DNA of 64,000 nucleotides. Source: Sediminibacterium sp. (GTDB taxonomy: Bacteria; Bacteroidota; Bacteroidia; Chitinophagales; Chitinophagaceae). The translations under genes were made by a program, and so were the position numbers. Shown here in pieces: positions 10,670 to 19,177 of this stretch; within the stretch, counting starts at the first letter, position 1, and each line of letters starts with the position of its first letter. The stretch spans positions 46,002 to 110,001 of the forward strand of contig JANREK010000006.1 in NCBI GenBank assembly GCA_030726065.1, given 5' to 3'. Below the pieces are notes generated by a model that saw only the letters and a program-made list of their open reading frames with translations, had not been told where the DNA came from and searched no databases.

Positions 10670-12295
10670 ATGCGACATTTATTAGCTATTGCAATTGTAT
10701 TTTTTTTGAGCTCCTGTATTAATCAAAGGGTTGATTTGATTGTGCATCATGCACAAATTTTCACAGTCAACAATGAATTTAGTGTCGCAGATGCCATGGC
10801 CATTCAGGATGGTAAAATTGTTGCGATTGGTAATAATGATGATATATTAAAAGAATACAAATCAGATAGCGTTGTTAATGCAAACGGCGCTAGTGTTTAT
10901 CCAGGTTTTATTGATGCGCATGCGCATTTTTTAGGATATGGACAATCCCTATACACAGTAGATTTAATGTTTGTGCCTACTTGGGATGAAGCCATTATTC
11001 GCGTGAAAGACTTTGCAGCGAAGCATCCTGGAACGGGTTGGATCAAAGGAAGAGGCTGGGATCAGAACCGTTTTCCGGGCAAACAATTTCCGACCAATGC
11101 GCTATTAAATGAATTATTTCCGGATCGACCTGTAATATTAGAAAGAGTAGATGGGCATGCAAGTATTGCTAATGACTTTGCATTAAAGTTAGCAGGAGTA
11201 AAGCCAGGTCAAACCATGGAAGGTGGTCAGTTTTTAACCCTAGATGGAAAATTAACCGGATTGCTTGTAGATAATGCAGTAAGTGTGGTTGATAAAATAA
11301 TGCCCCCTGTTACCAAGGAGGATTATAAAAATTGGTTAATCAGCGCCCAGCAAAATTGTTTTGCAACAGGATTAACGACCATTACTGATTGTGGCTTAAG
11401 TCCAGCAGATATTGATCAAGTGGATGCGTTGCAAAAAAGCAATGATTTAAAAATGCGTTTGTATGTGATGTTAAGTGACAAACCTGAATCCTACAGTTCA
11501 AAATATTTTACCGATGGTGGGTATGTCACTGATCGTTTATCGGTGAAAGGAATCAAAGTATATAGTGATGGGGCACTCGGGAGTAGGGGCGCTTGTTTGT
11601 TACAACACTATAGCGATAAAGCAGGCAGGTCGGGCTTTTTATTAAGTAGTCAAGCACATTTTGATTCATTGGCTGCACAATTAATTAATACCGATTTTCA
11701 AATGTGTACGCATGCGATTGGGGATAGTGCGAATCGTACCATATTAAATGTGTATGCGAAATATTTAAAAGGGAAGAATGACAAACGTTGGAGAATAGAA
11801 CATGCTCAAATTATTCATCCTTCCGATTTTCATTTGTTTGGAGAGAATAGTATTGTGCCTTCGGTACAGCCAACACATGCGACTAGTGATATGTATTGGG
11901 CAGTGGATAGATTAGGTGAGGAAAGATTAAAAGGAGGCTATGCTTTCAAACAATTGTTAAATGAAAATGGATGGCTTCCTTTGGGAACAGATTTTCCCGT
12001 AGAAGAAATTAATCCATTTAAAACATTTTTAGCGGCAGTGGCAAGACAAGATAGTAAAGGTTTTCCTGCAGGTGGTTTTCAAATGGAAAATGCATTAACG
12101 CGCGAACAAACCATTCGAGGTATGACCATCTGGGCTGCAAAAGCAAACCGAATGGAAAAACAAGTGGGTTCCTTAGAAGTAGGGAAGAAAGCTGATTTTA
12201 TTATCTTGGATAAGAACTTAATGAAGGTGCCTACGGATAGTATTTTGCAAATAAAAGTGAAGCGTACTTATTTGAATGGAGAGCGCGTTCATTAA
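10670..12295 (+). CDS. metal-dependent amidohydrolase (amidohydrolase-3 / YtcJ-like), lipoprotein
   Basis: 541 aa. It has a lipobox (FFLSSC), a GFIDAHAHF metal-binding motif, and RIEHAQ and DFPVE motifs of the YtcJ-like TIM-barrel hydrolases. Confidence 0.85.
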   Translation: MRHLLAIAIVFFLSSCINQRVDLIVHHAQIFTVNNEFSVADAMAIQDGKIVAIGNNDDILKEYKSDSVVNANGASVYPGFIDAHAHFLGYGQSLYTVDLMFVPTWDEAIIRVKDFAAKHPGTGWIKGRGWDQNRFPGKQFPTNALLNELFPDRPVILERVDGHASIANDFALKLAGVKPGQTMEGGQFLTLDGKLTGLLVDNAVSVVDKIMPPVTKEDYKNWLISAQQNCFATGLTTITDCGLSPADIDQVDALQKSNDLKMRLYVMLSDKPESYSSKYFTDGGYVTDRLSVKGIKVYSDGALGSRGACLLQHYSDKAGRSGFLLSSQAHFDSLAAQLINTDFQMCTHAIGDSANRTILNVYAKYLKGKNDKRWRIEHAQIIHPSDFHLFGENSIVPSVQPTHATSDMYWAVDRLGEERLKGGYAFKQLLNENGWLPLGTDFPVEEINPFKTFLAAVARQDSKGFPAGGFQMENALTREQTIRGMTIWAAKANRMEKQVGSLEVGKKADFIILDKNLMKVPTDSILQIKVKRTYLNGERVH

Positions 12296-12311
12296 TAGTT
12301 GGTTGTATATT

Positions 12312-12403
12312 TTAACGATTAGAGAATAAATACGTATTTCTCTCTCTCAATCGCTTCGCTCAAATGTTCGTTCGAAACAGTATTCATTCTCTTTGATCGT
12401 TAA
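12312..12403. repeat. 92-bp imperfect palindrome (about 22-24-nt arms) between convergent genes
   Basis: TTAACGATTAGAGAATAAATAC (12312-12333) pairs with the reverse complement of GTATTCATTCTCTTTGATCGTTAA (12380-12403), matching at 20 of 24 aligned positions. It may act as a bidirectional terminator or be a MITE-like remnant. Confidence 0.5.
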
Positions 12404-12424
12404 TAAGAATGAATAAGCATTAAA

Positions 12425-13819
12425 CTACAACCCGACCATATCTTTAGGGATAACCCACGCATCAAATTCTTCAGGGGTAACATAACCTAATTTAACTGCC
12501 ATTTCTTTTAATGTGGTTCCTTCCTTATGTGCTTTTTGTGCGATCTCTGCTGATTTGTAATAACCAATCTTGGTATTTAAAGAAGTCACTAACATTAAGC
12601 TATTGTTCACGTGCTTATTGATATTAGCTTCAATCGGGGCTAACCCGATCGCGCATTTTTCATTGAAGCTCATACAGCCATCTCCAATTAATCTTGCACT
12701 ATGTAAGAAATTATAAATCATTACGGGTTTAAATACGTTCAATTCAAAGTGACCCATGGAACCGCCAATATTAATGGCAACATCATTGCCCATTACCTGT
12801 GCAGCAATCATAGTTAGTGCTTCAGATTGGGTAGGATTCACTTTGCCTGGCATGATGGAAGAGCCTGGTTCATTGTCTGGAATAAAGATTTCACCAATAC
12901 CGCTTCTTGGTCCAGAAGATAGCATACGAACATCGTTCGCAATTTTCATTAAGCTTACTGCTATTGTTTTTAATGCGCCATGTGATTCTACAATCGCATC
13001 ATGTGCAGCCAGTGCTTCAAATTTATTTTCAGCAGTGATAAATGGAAGTCCTGTGAGCTTAGCGATATGTTTTGCTACATTTTCTGAATATCCTTTGGGT
13101 GTATTAATTCCCGTACCCACTGCGGTGCCACCTAATGCTAATTCACTTAAATGTGCTAATGTATTTTCAATGGCTTTTAAGCCATGCTTTAATTGGCTTG
13201 CGTATCCACTGATTTCTTGCCCTAAGGTAAGTGGGGTAGCATCCATAAAATGGGTACGACCAATTTTTACAATATGCATAAATTCAGCACTCTTTGCATC
13301 CAATGTATTTTTTAAAGTGGTAATACCTGGAATGGTAATTTCTTTTAAAATTTGGTAAGCCGCAATATGCATGGCTGTTGGAAAAGTATCGTTAGAGGAT
13401 TGTGATTTATTTACATCGTCATTCGGGTGTAAAAACTTATCATGATCTAATAAGCTGCCACCTTTGATAACATGTGCACGATAGGCAATTACCTCGTTCA
13501 TGTTCATATTGCTTTGCGTACCACTACCTGTTTGCCATACGACTAATGGAAATTGATCCTCTAATTTACCTGCTAATATTTCATCACATACTTGTCCTAT
13601 TAAATCACATTTTTCTTTCGGCAAAACACCAGCGTCACAGTTGGTTAATGCTGCTGCCTTTTTTAAGTAAGCAAATGCACGAATAATTTCTTTCGGCATT
13701 CTATTAATGTCTTGTGCTATTTTGAAATTTTCAATACTTCTTTGTGTTTGAGCACCCCAATATACATTTACAGGTACTTTTACTTCGCCCATGGTATCTT
13801 TCTCGATTCTATATTCCAT
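12425..13819 (-). CDS. fumC: class II fumarate hydratase
   Basis: It has the [13 protein letters not shown] signature and the N-terminus [17 protein letters not shown] place the start at ATG 13819 rather than the track's 13870, because the 17-residue extension ([17 protein letters not shown]) is not fumarase-like. Confidence 0.93.
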   Translation of the reverse strand: MEYRIEKDTMGEVKVPVNVYWGAQTQRSIENFKIAQDINRMPKEIIRAFAYLKKAAALTNCDAGVLPKEKCDLIGQVCDEILAGKLEDQFPLVVWQTGSGTQSNMNMNEVIAYRAHVIKGGSLLDHDKFLHPNDDVNKSQSSNDTFPTAMHIAAYQILKEITIPGITTLKNTLDAKSAEFMHIVKIGRTHFMDATPLTLGQEISGYASQLKHGLKAIENTLAHLSELALGGTAVGTGINTPKGYSENVAKHIAKLTGLPFITAENKFEALAAHDAIVESHGALKTIAVSLMKIANDVRMLSSGPRSGIGEIFIPDNEPGSSIMPGKVNPTQSEALTMIAAQVMGNDVAINIGGSMGHFELNVFKPVMIYNFLHSARLIGDGCMSFNEKCAIGLAPIEANINKHVNNSLMLVTSLNTKIGYYKSAEIAQKAHKEGTTLKEMAVKLGYVTPEEFDAWVIPKDMVGL

Positions 13820-13903
13820 ATCATAAAATTTTGATAGCACAAAGGTACTACAGCAATTATAAAATTGCATCAGTTAGGCTTATTAAATTCGGGCAAAAAA
13901 GGG

Positions 13904-14683
13904 TTAATGTCCTTTGAAAACAGGCTTCCTTTTATCTATAAATGCTTGTATTCCTTCTTTGCAATCATCGGTGACAAAACATTCTCCAAACAAGTCGGCT
14001 TCCACATCATAGCCGTTAACTTGCTCATCCCACACTGCATTAATGGCTTTAATGGAGTTGCCAACAGCGATCGGAGATTTTTGATGACATACCCTTAATA
14101 TAGAAAAGGCCTTATCTAGTAATTCGCTTTGCGGAACCACATAGTTGGCTAAGCCATAATTCATGGCCTGTGTCGCATTAATGGTTTTACCAGTTATGAT
14201 TAATTCCATGGCCCGGCCTTTGCCTACTCTTTGCGTTAACCTTTGAGAACCACCATAACCTACCATGATGCCTAGGTTTACTTCAGGCTGGCCAAAAGTG
14301 GCGCTTTCCGATGCAATCACAAAATGGCAACTCATGGCTAATTCGCACCCACCGCCTAATGCAAATCCGTTCACACAAGCAACTACTGGTTTAGGACAAT
14401 GCTCAATTTTTGAGAATACGGCTTGTCCTCTTTTTGCAACCGCTATTGCTTGCTCTTTAGTTAAGGATTCAAATTCTTTTATATCTGCACCAGCAACGAA
14501 GCTTTTAAGTCCTGCGCCGGTGATAACCACACTTTTAATTTCTGGAAATTTATATACGCGATTCATAACCGCATCTAAATCATTGATAACTTGTTTGTTC
14601 AACGCATTTAAAACATCGGGACGATTAATGGTAATAATTAAGGTGTGGTCTTCTAATTTTGTAAACAAAGTTTGGAACGACAT
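13904..14683 (-). CDS. enoyl-CoA hydratase/isomerase (crotonase family)
   Basis: 259 aa. It has the crotonase fold motifs (VITGAGLKSFVAGADIKEF, NGFALGGGCELAM). Confidence 0.9.
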   Translation of the reverse strand: MSFQTLFTKLEDHTLIITINRPDVLNALNKQVINDLDAVMNRVYKFPEIKSVVITGAGLKSFVAGADIKEFESLTKEQAIAVAKRGQAVFSKIEHCPKPVVACVNGFALGGGCELAMSCHFVIASESATFGQPEVNLGIMVGYGGSQRLTQRVGKGRAMELIITGKTINATQAMNYGLANYVVPQSELLDKAFSILRVCHQKSPIAVGNSIKAINAVWDEQVNGYDVEADLFGECFVTDDCKEGIQAFIDKRKPVFKGH

Positions 14684-14711
14684 AATAAAAAATTTAATTT
14701 TTTATTGCACC

Positions 14712-15122
14712 TTATTTTTTATGTTTCGCCACCCATTCTCGAATATAGGTTGCGATATCAGTGGTATTAGTGCCAGGTGCAAATAAGGTACCAATACCCA
14801 TCTCTCTTAAATCAATACTATCTTGTTCAGGTATAATTCCGCCACCTGTTAGTAATACATTTGTCAATCCTTTTTCCTGCATTAGTTTGTAAACTTTCGG
14901 AAAAACGGTCATATGTGCGCCAGATAAAATGCTAATGCCTATCGCGTCCACATCTTCCTGTAAGGCAGCTTGTACCAGCATTTCAGGACTTTGGCGAAGG
15001 CCGGTATAAATAACTTCCATTCCGGCATCTCTTAAAGCGGTTGCAATAATTTTAGCGCCACGGTCATGTCCGTCTAATCCAACTTTGGCGACTAATACTC
15101 TTATGGGTTTCACATTACTCAT
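14712..15122 (-). CDS. cobalamin (B12)-binding domain protein, methylmalonyl-CoA-mutase-type small subunit
   Basis: 136 aa. It has [20 protein letters not shown] (DxHxxG B12-binding motif) and GGGIIP. No catalytic large subunit is present in the window. Confidence 0.85.
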   Translation of the reverse strand: MSNVKPIRVLVAKVGLDGHDRGAKIIATALRDAGMEVIYTGLRQSPEMLVQAALQEDVDAIGISILSGAHMTVFPKVYKLMQEKGLTNVLLTGGGIIPEQDSIDLREMGIGTLFAPGTNTTDIATYIREWVAKHKK

Positions 15123-15145
15123 GTTAAGTGTTACTACAATTTACA

Positions 15146-16681
15146 TTATTTATTGGAAAGTAATTTCAAACTGTACTCGATTCTTTCTTTCGCGTCTTTT
15201 AATTCAATAGCTTGAATGATTTCAAAAACACCAGGTCCAAATTTGCCACCCACTAACATGATTCTAAAAGGCAACATAAGGTCACCTGGCTTTATTTCAT
15301 GGGTCGTTGCAAGGGCTTTAAAATGTATTTCAAGATCAGCAGCTACGGGTTGTGTATCGCCGTTAGTGATCATTTCAGCATATGCCGCAGTCAATTCGGT
15401 AAAGAAGGCTTGTTTTTTTTCCTCCCACTTGGCTAGTATAGACGCAGTGTCAATCTCAGTTGGTGCTTTGAAAAAGAAACTGCCTTGGGTAATGAAATCG
15501 TACAGCAAATGACATCTGTCTTTTATAAGTCCAATTACTTTTACCAAATAGGCGGGTTCGTGAACTTCAATTTGTGCATCATCATAAAATGGTTTTACTA
15601 ATGTAGCAAGTTGGTCATTATCTGTTTTCTTGATCCATTCTTGGTTGAACCATTTTGCTTTTTCGTAATCAAATTTCGCACCACCTTTATGCACACGCGC
15701 TAGTGAAAATTGCGCAATTAATTCGTCGATACTAAAAATTTCTTTATCTGTGCCATCATTCCACCCTAATAGAGCCAATAAGTTGATTAATGCTTCAGGA
15801 AGAAATCCTCTTTCCTTAAATCCAATGGTTTGTTCTTTTGTATTGGGATCCATCCAATCCATGGCAAATACCGGGAAGCCTAATCTTTCTCCATCACGCT
15901 TGCTTAATTTTCCATGTCCTTCCGGTTTTAATATCAATGGCAAATGTGCCCATTGCGGCATATGATTTAAGCCAAATAAATATTTCCAAAGTAAAATATG
16001 AACGGGTGCGCTAGGAAGCCATTCTTCTCCACGAAAAGCATGTGTAATTTTCATTAAATGATCATCCACTACCACGGCTAAGTGATAAGTTGGCATACCA
16101 TCTGCTTTTAATAAAACTTTATCATCCACTGTACTTGTATCAAAGGAAACTTCACCGCGAATTAAATCATTAAAGGACAAGGTTTCTTGTTCCGGCATGA
16201 TAATTCTTACTACATAGGGGGTGTTATTTTTTAATAAATCATTCACTTCATTTTCACTTAATGAAATGGAGTTTTTCATTTCATTGCGATGCGCCTTATT
16301 GTATTGAAAATTGGGGATTTCGTTTCTTTTGTTTTCCAAATCAGCAGGGGTATCAAATGCATAATAAGCATAGCCATCTGCAATGAGCTGGTCTGCGTAT
16401 TTTTTATACAAATGTTTGCGCTCGCTTTGGCGATAAGGCGCATAGTCGCCACCCACTGCAGGGCTTTCATCCGGGGATAAGCCACACCAGGCTAATGTGT
16501 CCATAATATATTGTTCTGCACCGGGCACAAAACGTGATTGGTCGGTATCCTCAATCCTTAATATAAAATCACCACCGTGGTGTTTTGCAAATAAATAATT
16601 AAATAAAACGGTCCTTACCCCACCTATATGTAACCCGCCTGTAGGAGAGGGCGCAAACCTTACTCTGACCTTTGAATCCAT
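15146..16681 (-). CDS. gltX: glutamate--tRNA ligase
   Basis: 511 aa. It has a class I HIGH motif (PSPTGGLHIGGVRT) and a KMSKS-like motif (KLSKRDG). Confidence 0.95.
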   Translation of the reverse strand: MDSKVRVRFAPSPTGGLHIGGVRTVLFNYLFAKHHGGDFILRIEDTDQSRFVPGAEQYIMDTLAWCGLSPDESPAVGGDYAPYRQSERKHLYKKYADQLIADGYAYYAFDTPADLENKRNEIPNFQYNKAHRNEMKNSISLSENEVNDLLKNNTPYVVRIIMPEQETLSFNDLIRGEVSFDTSTVDDKVLLKADGMPTYHLAVVVDDHLMKITHAFRGEEWLPSAPVHILLWKYLFGLNHMPQWAHLPLILKPEGHGKLSKRDGERLGFPVFAMDWMDPNTKEQTIGFKERGFLPEALINLLALLGWNDGTDKEIFSIDELIAQFSLARVHKGGAKFDYEKAKWFNQEWIKKTDNDQLATLVKPFYDDAQIEVHEPAYLVKVIGLIKDRCHLLYDFITQGSFFFKAPTEIDTASILAKWEEKKQAFFTELTAAYAEMITNGDTQPVAADLEIHFKALATTHEIKPGDLMLPFRIMLVGGKFGPGVFEIIQAIELKDAKERIEYSLKLLSNK

Positions 16682-16698
16682 GCTGTAAATTATTTATA

Positions 16699-16706
16699 CA
16701 AAGATA
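16699..16706 (-). promoter_or_regulatory. -7 box TATCTTTG for gltX
   Basis: The minus strand reads TATCTTTG, 17 nt upstream of the gltX ATG (16681). It is divergent from the box at 16733-16740. Confidence 0.4.
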
Positions 16707-16732
16707 ATATTCAATTGGGCAAAAGAACTATT

Positions 16733-16740
16733 TATCTTTG
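16733..16740 (+). promoter_or_regulatory. -7 box TATCTTTG, 3 nt upstream of the deacetylase ATG
   Basis: Exact TAnnTTTG match; the ATG is at 16744. The track's TTG start at 16738 lies inside the box. Confidence 0.4.
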
Positions 16741-16743
16741 GGT

Positions 16744-17373
16744 ATGTATTTGATTAAAACACCTTTTTGGCTTAGGGCAATTTATCCGAATTGCATTTGG
16801 CGAAAACCTGCCAATGAAAAGGTGATTTATCTCAGTTTTGATGACGGGCCGCATCCTTGTGCTACGCCTTTTGTTCTAGAAGAATTAAATAAATATAATG
16901 CCAAGGCAACTTTTTTCTGCATTGGGAATAATGTACTTTCCTATCCTAATATATACGAGTCCGTTTTACAACATGGGCATGCGGTTGGAAATCATACCTA
17001 CGATCATTTAAATGGTTGGAAGGTTGGCGCAGATGATTATATAAATAATATTAAAAGTGCGGCCAGTTTAATTGCTTCCGACTTATTTAGGCCACCCTAT
17101 GGTCGCATCAAACGTTGTCAGATAAAAAGTATAAAATCAGATGCCAGTTTGCCACAACAAATAATTATGTGGGATGTGTTGAGTGCCGATTTTGATACTA
17201 AAATTACAGGAGAACAATGCGCTAAAAATGTGATTAAAAATGCAGAGCCTGGTTCCATTATTGTTTTTCACGACAGTGCAAAAGCTTGGGATCGTTTACA
17301 TATTGCGTTGCCATTAGTGCTTAATTATTTTAGTACACTAGGTTATCGATTTGAGGCAATTACTTCTAATTAA
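16744..17373 (+). CDS. polysaccharide deacetylase (NodB/CE4 family)
   Basis: It has LSFDDGP and HTYDH metal-binding motifs. I prefer the ATG at 16744 (MYLIKTPFWL...) over the TTG at 16738. Confidence 0.85.
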   Translation: MYLIKTPFWLRAIYPNCIWRKPANEKVIYLSFDDGPHPCATPFVLEELNKYNAKATFFCIGNNVLSYPNIYESVLQHGHAVGNHTYDHLNGWKVGADDYINNIKSAASLIASDLFRPPYGRIKRCQIKSIKSDASLPQQIIMWDVLSADFDTKITGEQCAKNVIKNAEPGSIIVFHDSAKAWDRLHIALPLVLNYFSTLGYRFEAITSN

Positions 17374-17381
17374 TTAGGTGC

Positions 17382-17409
17382 AAAAAAAAGCCAAGGTAGA
17401 AACCTCGGC
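17382..17409 (-). terminator. intrinsic terminator oriented for minus-strand transcription, with no annotated minus-strand gene upstream
   Basis: Stem GCCAAGGT / ACCTCGGC (17390-17397 / 17402-17409, one A/C mismatch). On the plus strand it is preceded by A8, which becomes a U8 tail when read on the minus strand. There is no T-run on the plus-strand side. Confidence 0.45.
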
Positions 17410-17553
17410 CGTATAATCCGTACCCTATAAAAAACCTTTTTGTATTTAGATGGTGTTAGCTACGGCTAACTAAAAACAATAACGATATAAATTCCTATTT
17501 TAGTATGCAGAGATTAAAAAAAAGCATTGCTTTGCATCAAATTCAGCTTATTT

Positions 17554-18324
17554 ATGCAATTTATTGACACCCATGCGCATGTATATTCGGAGGAATTATT
17601 ACCTGATTTGAACCAGTTAATGCAAAATGCGATTAGTTCAGGGGTAACTAAAATTTTTATGCCTGCAATTGATAGTCATAGTTTGGAAGCAATGCTTTCG
17701 GTGGAGAATGCGTTTCCGAAAAATTGTTTTTCAATGGCGGGATTACATCCTTGTTATGTAAAAGAAAATGTGCAAGCGGAATTAGCGATTGTTGCAGATC
17801 AATTGTCGAAAAGAAAATTTCCTGCGATTGGTGAGATTGGTTTGGATTTTTATTGGGATAAAAATTTTGTATCGCAACAGCAGCTCGCTTTTAATACACA
17901 AATGCAATGGGCCTTAGATTATAATTTACCTATTGTGATTCATACGCGTAATGCGATGGGTGAAACCATTGAAGCAGTAAAGCCGTTTGCTAAAAAAGGA
18001 TTACGCGGCATTTTTCATTGCTTTAGTGGAAGTAAGGAATCAGCAGAACAAATTATTGGTATGGGATTTCATTTAGGTTTAGGGGGCGTGCTTACCTATA
18101 AAAATGCTGGGGTTGCGGAAGCAATCAAAGATATTCCTATAGAGTGGTTGGTATTGGAAACGGATGCACCTTACTTATCGCCTGTACCTTATCGTGTTAA
18201 AAAAAACGAACCTGCTTTTATTGTCGAAGTGGCAAAGAAATTAGCAGAGATTAAAAATATTCCATTGCATGAAGTAGCGGAGATGACTACGAGGAATGCA
18301 GTGAAGGTTTTTGGGGAGTGGTAG
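17554..18324 (+). CDS. tatD: TatD-family metal-dependent deoxyribonuclease/hydrolase
   Basis: It has MQFIDTHAHV, EIGLDFYW, IHTRNA and ETDAPYL motifs. I prefer the ATG at 17554 over the track's TTG at 17527. Confidence 0.9.
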   Translation: MQFIDTHAHVYSEELLPDLNQLMQNAISSGVTKIFMPAIDSHSLEAMLSVENAFPKNCFSMAGLHPCYVKENVQAELAIVADQLSKRKFPAIGEIGLDFYWDKNFVSQQQLAFNTQMQWALDYNLPIVIHTRNAMGETIEAVKPFAKKGLRGIFHCFSGSKESAEQIIGMGFHLGLGGVLTYKNAGVAEAIKDIPIEWLVLETDAPYLSPVPYRVKKNEPAFIVEVAKKLAEIKNIPLHEVAEMTTRNAVKVFGEW

Positions 18325-18360
18325 GGAAAACTTTTCACTTCGTTACAATTTTTTTAAATC

Positions 18361-18395
18361 AGGATGGCCGACTTCACTTTGTTCGTCGGCATCCT
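18361..18395 (+). terminator. stem-loop downstream of tatD (weak terminator candidate)
   Basis: AGGATGGCCGAC ... GTCGGCATCCT forms a stem with one bulged G. Only a TTT tail follows. Confidence 0.35.
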
Positions 18396-18426
18396 TTAAG
18401 TTATGAAAATAAAACAGCAACCCATC

Positions 18427-18451
18427 GGGCGCTTCGCGCCCTCGTGTTTTT
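18427..18451 (+). terminator. GC-rich hairpin plus T-run (plus-strand terminator candidate)
   Basis: GGGCGC-TTC-GCGCCC followed by TCGTGTTTTT. Confidence 0.4.
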
Positions 18452-18496
18452 AATTCATTCACTTCGAGCTCGAAACAAGTTTCGGCTCTCGTGACT

Positions 18497-18530
18497 AAAT
18501 TAAAAACCCATCCCGTGTCCCGGGATGGGT
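18497..18530 (-). terminator. intrinsic terminator of tRNA-Ser
   Basis: A 10-bp stem ACCCATCCCG / CGGGATGGGT (18506-18515 / 18521-18530). On the minus strand it is followed by TTTTTAATTT. Confidence 0.7.
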
Positions 18531-18546
18531 TGCTGTTTATATTTTG

Positions 18547-18631
18547 CAGAGAGGAAGGGATTCGAACCCCCGATACGTTGCCGTATACACGCTTTCCAAG
18601 CGTGCTCCTTAAACCACTCGGACACCTCTCT
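18547..18631 (-). tRNA. tRNA-Ser (anticodon GGA), class II with long variable arm
   Basis: The minus strand reads AGAGAGGTGTCCGAGTGGTTTAAGGAGCACGCTTGGAAAGCGTGTATACGGCAACGTATCGGGGGTTCGAATCCCTTCCTCTCTG. The acceptor stem is AGAGAGG/CCTCTCT. The anticodon stem CACGC/GCGTG has loop TTGGAAA. The variable-arm hairpin is ATACG-GCAA-CGTAT and the T-loop is GGTTCGAATCC. CCA is not encoded. Confidence 0.9.
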
Positions 18632-18688
18632 TTTTGGGAAGCGAAGTTACTGAAACCCTTTGTAATTATTGGGGTTTCCTAGATAAAT

Positions 18689-19132
18689 TTAATAATCCTT
18701 TTTAGTTTCAATCATTCGCTCATTGTATTCTAAAGGACTATTTTTCCAGTCTTTATTATAAGAAACAAACCAGCCTAACCAGATGGAGCGGGATAAGCGC
18801 ATTAAAATTGGCTGTATCATGAATAATGTTAGAATAGCAGTTCCCATCCAGTAAAAAATCCGATTGTCATCTAAATCAAAAGTCATTTCAAATAATACCT
18901 TCCATGCAACAAAAGTGGATACGAAGTAGGCCACTGTTAATGCATAACTAACATAGCCAGTACCGTAATAAAATCCCACCTCAATTTCTGTGGCTTGATT
19001 GCAAATAGGACAGTGCTCGTTCATTTTAGTGATCTCGGAAAGTCGATAAGGATTTTTGGAAACAAACAAGTCACCTTGTCTACATCTAGGACACTTATTA
19101 GTGAGGGTACTCCAGAGGTAGGTGTTTTTCAT
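18689..19132 (-). CDS. DUF983-type membrane protein with an N-terminal zinc ribbon
   Basis: 147 aa. CPRC...CPIC Cys pairs are followed by two or three hydrophobic helices, the architecture I recognise as DUF983. Confidence 0.7.
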   Translation of the reverse strand: MKNTYLWSTLTNKCPRCRQGDLFVSKNPYRLSEITKMNEHCPICNQATEIEVGFYYGTGYVSYALTVAYFVSTFVAWKVLFEMTFDLDDNRIFYWMGTAILTLFMIQPILMRLSRSIWLGWFVSYNKDWKNSPLEYNERMIETKKDY

Positions 19133-19136
19133 GGCG

Positions 19137-19168
19137 CAAAGATATCGTTTTATTGCGCATTGTTCAAA
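19137..19168 (-). promoter_or_regulatory. TTTG-N20-TATCTTTG promoter, 4 nt upstream of the DUF983 gene ATG
   Basis: The minus strand reads TTTG (19168-19165), a 20-nt spacer, TATCTTTG (19144-19137), then CGCC and the ATG (19132). Confidence 0.45.
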
Positions 19169-19177
19169 TATGCGTGA

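Larger units (their letters stand above)
18406..18545. repeat. 141-bp element bounded by 21/22-nt inverted repeats, enclosing GC-rich hairpins (MITE-like or structured RNA)
   Basis: AAAATAAAACAGCAACCCATC (18406-18426) matches the reverse complement of GATGGGTTGCTGTTTATATTTT (18524-18545), with a perfect 15-nt core and one indel. The interior contains hairpins at 18427-18441, 18466-18488 and 18506-18530. Confidence 0.5.

Noticed and set aside
12756-13358. Long antisense ORFs inside well-supported genes: 12756-13358 in fumC, 14265-14786 in the crotonase and B12 genes, 42088-42516 in murE, 45515-45985 in ftsW, 56412-56924 in the FadB-like gene, and 61732-62166 in recN
   Set aside because: Each is opposite a gene with unambiguous catalytic motifs. 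Their translations are low-complexity (Ser/Pro/Ile-rich) with no domains. Stop-free antisense frames of this kind are a known by-product of codon bias and are not evidence of overlapping genes.
18403-18453. 16-codon mini-ORF (MKIKQQPIGRFAPSCF) overlapping the first hairpins of the tatD/tRNA spacer, considered as a possible leader peptide
   Set aside because: There is no downstream plus-strand gene to regulate and no codon-run signature of an attenuator. It is most likely fortuitous.
18491-18682. 63-aa plus-strand ORF
   Set aside because: It runs antisense straight through the tRNA-Ser gene and its terminator hairpin.
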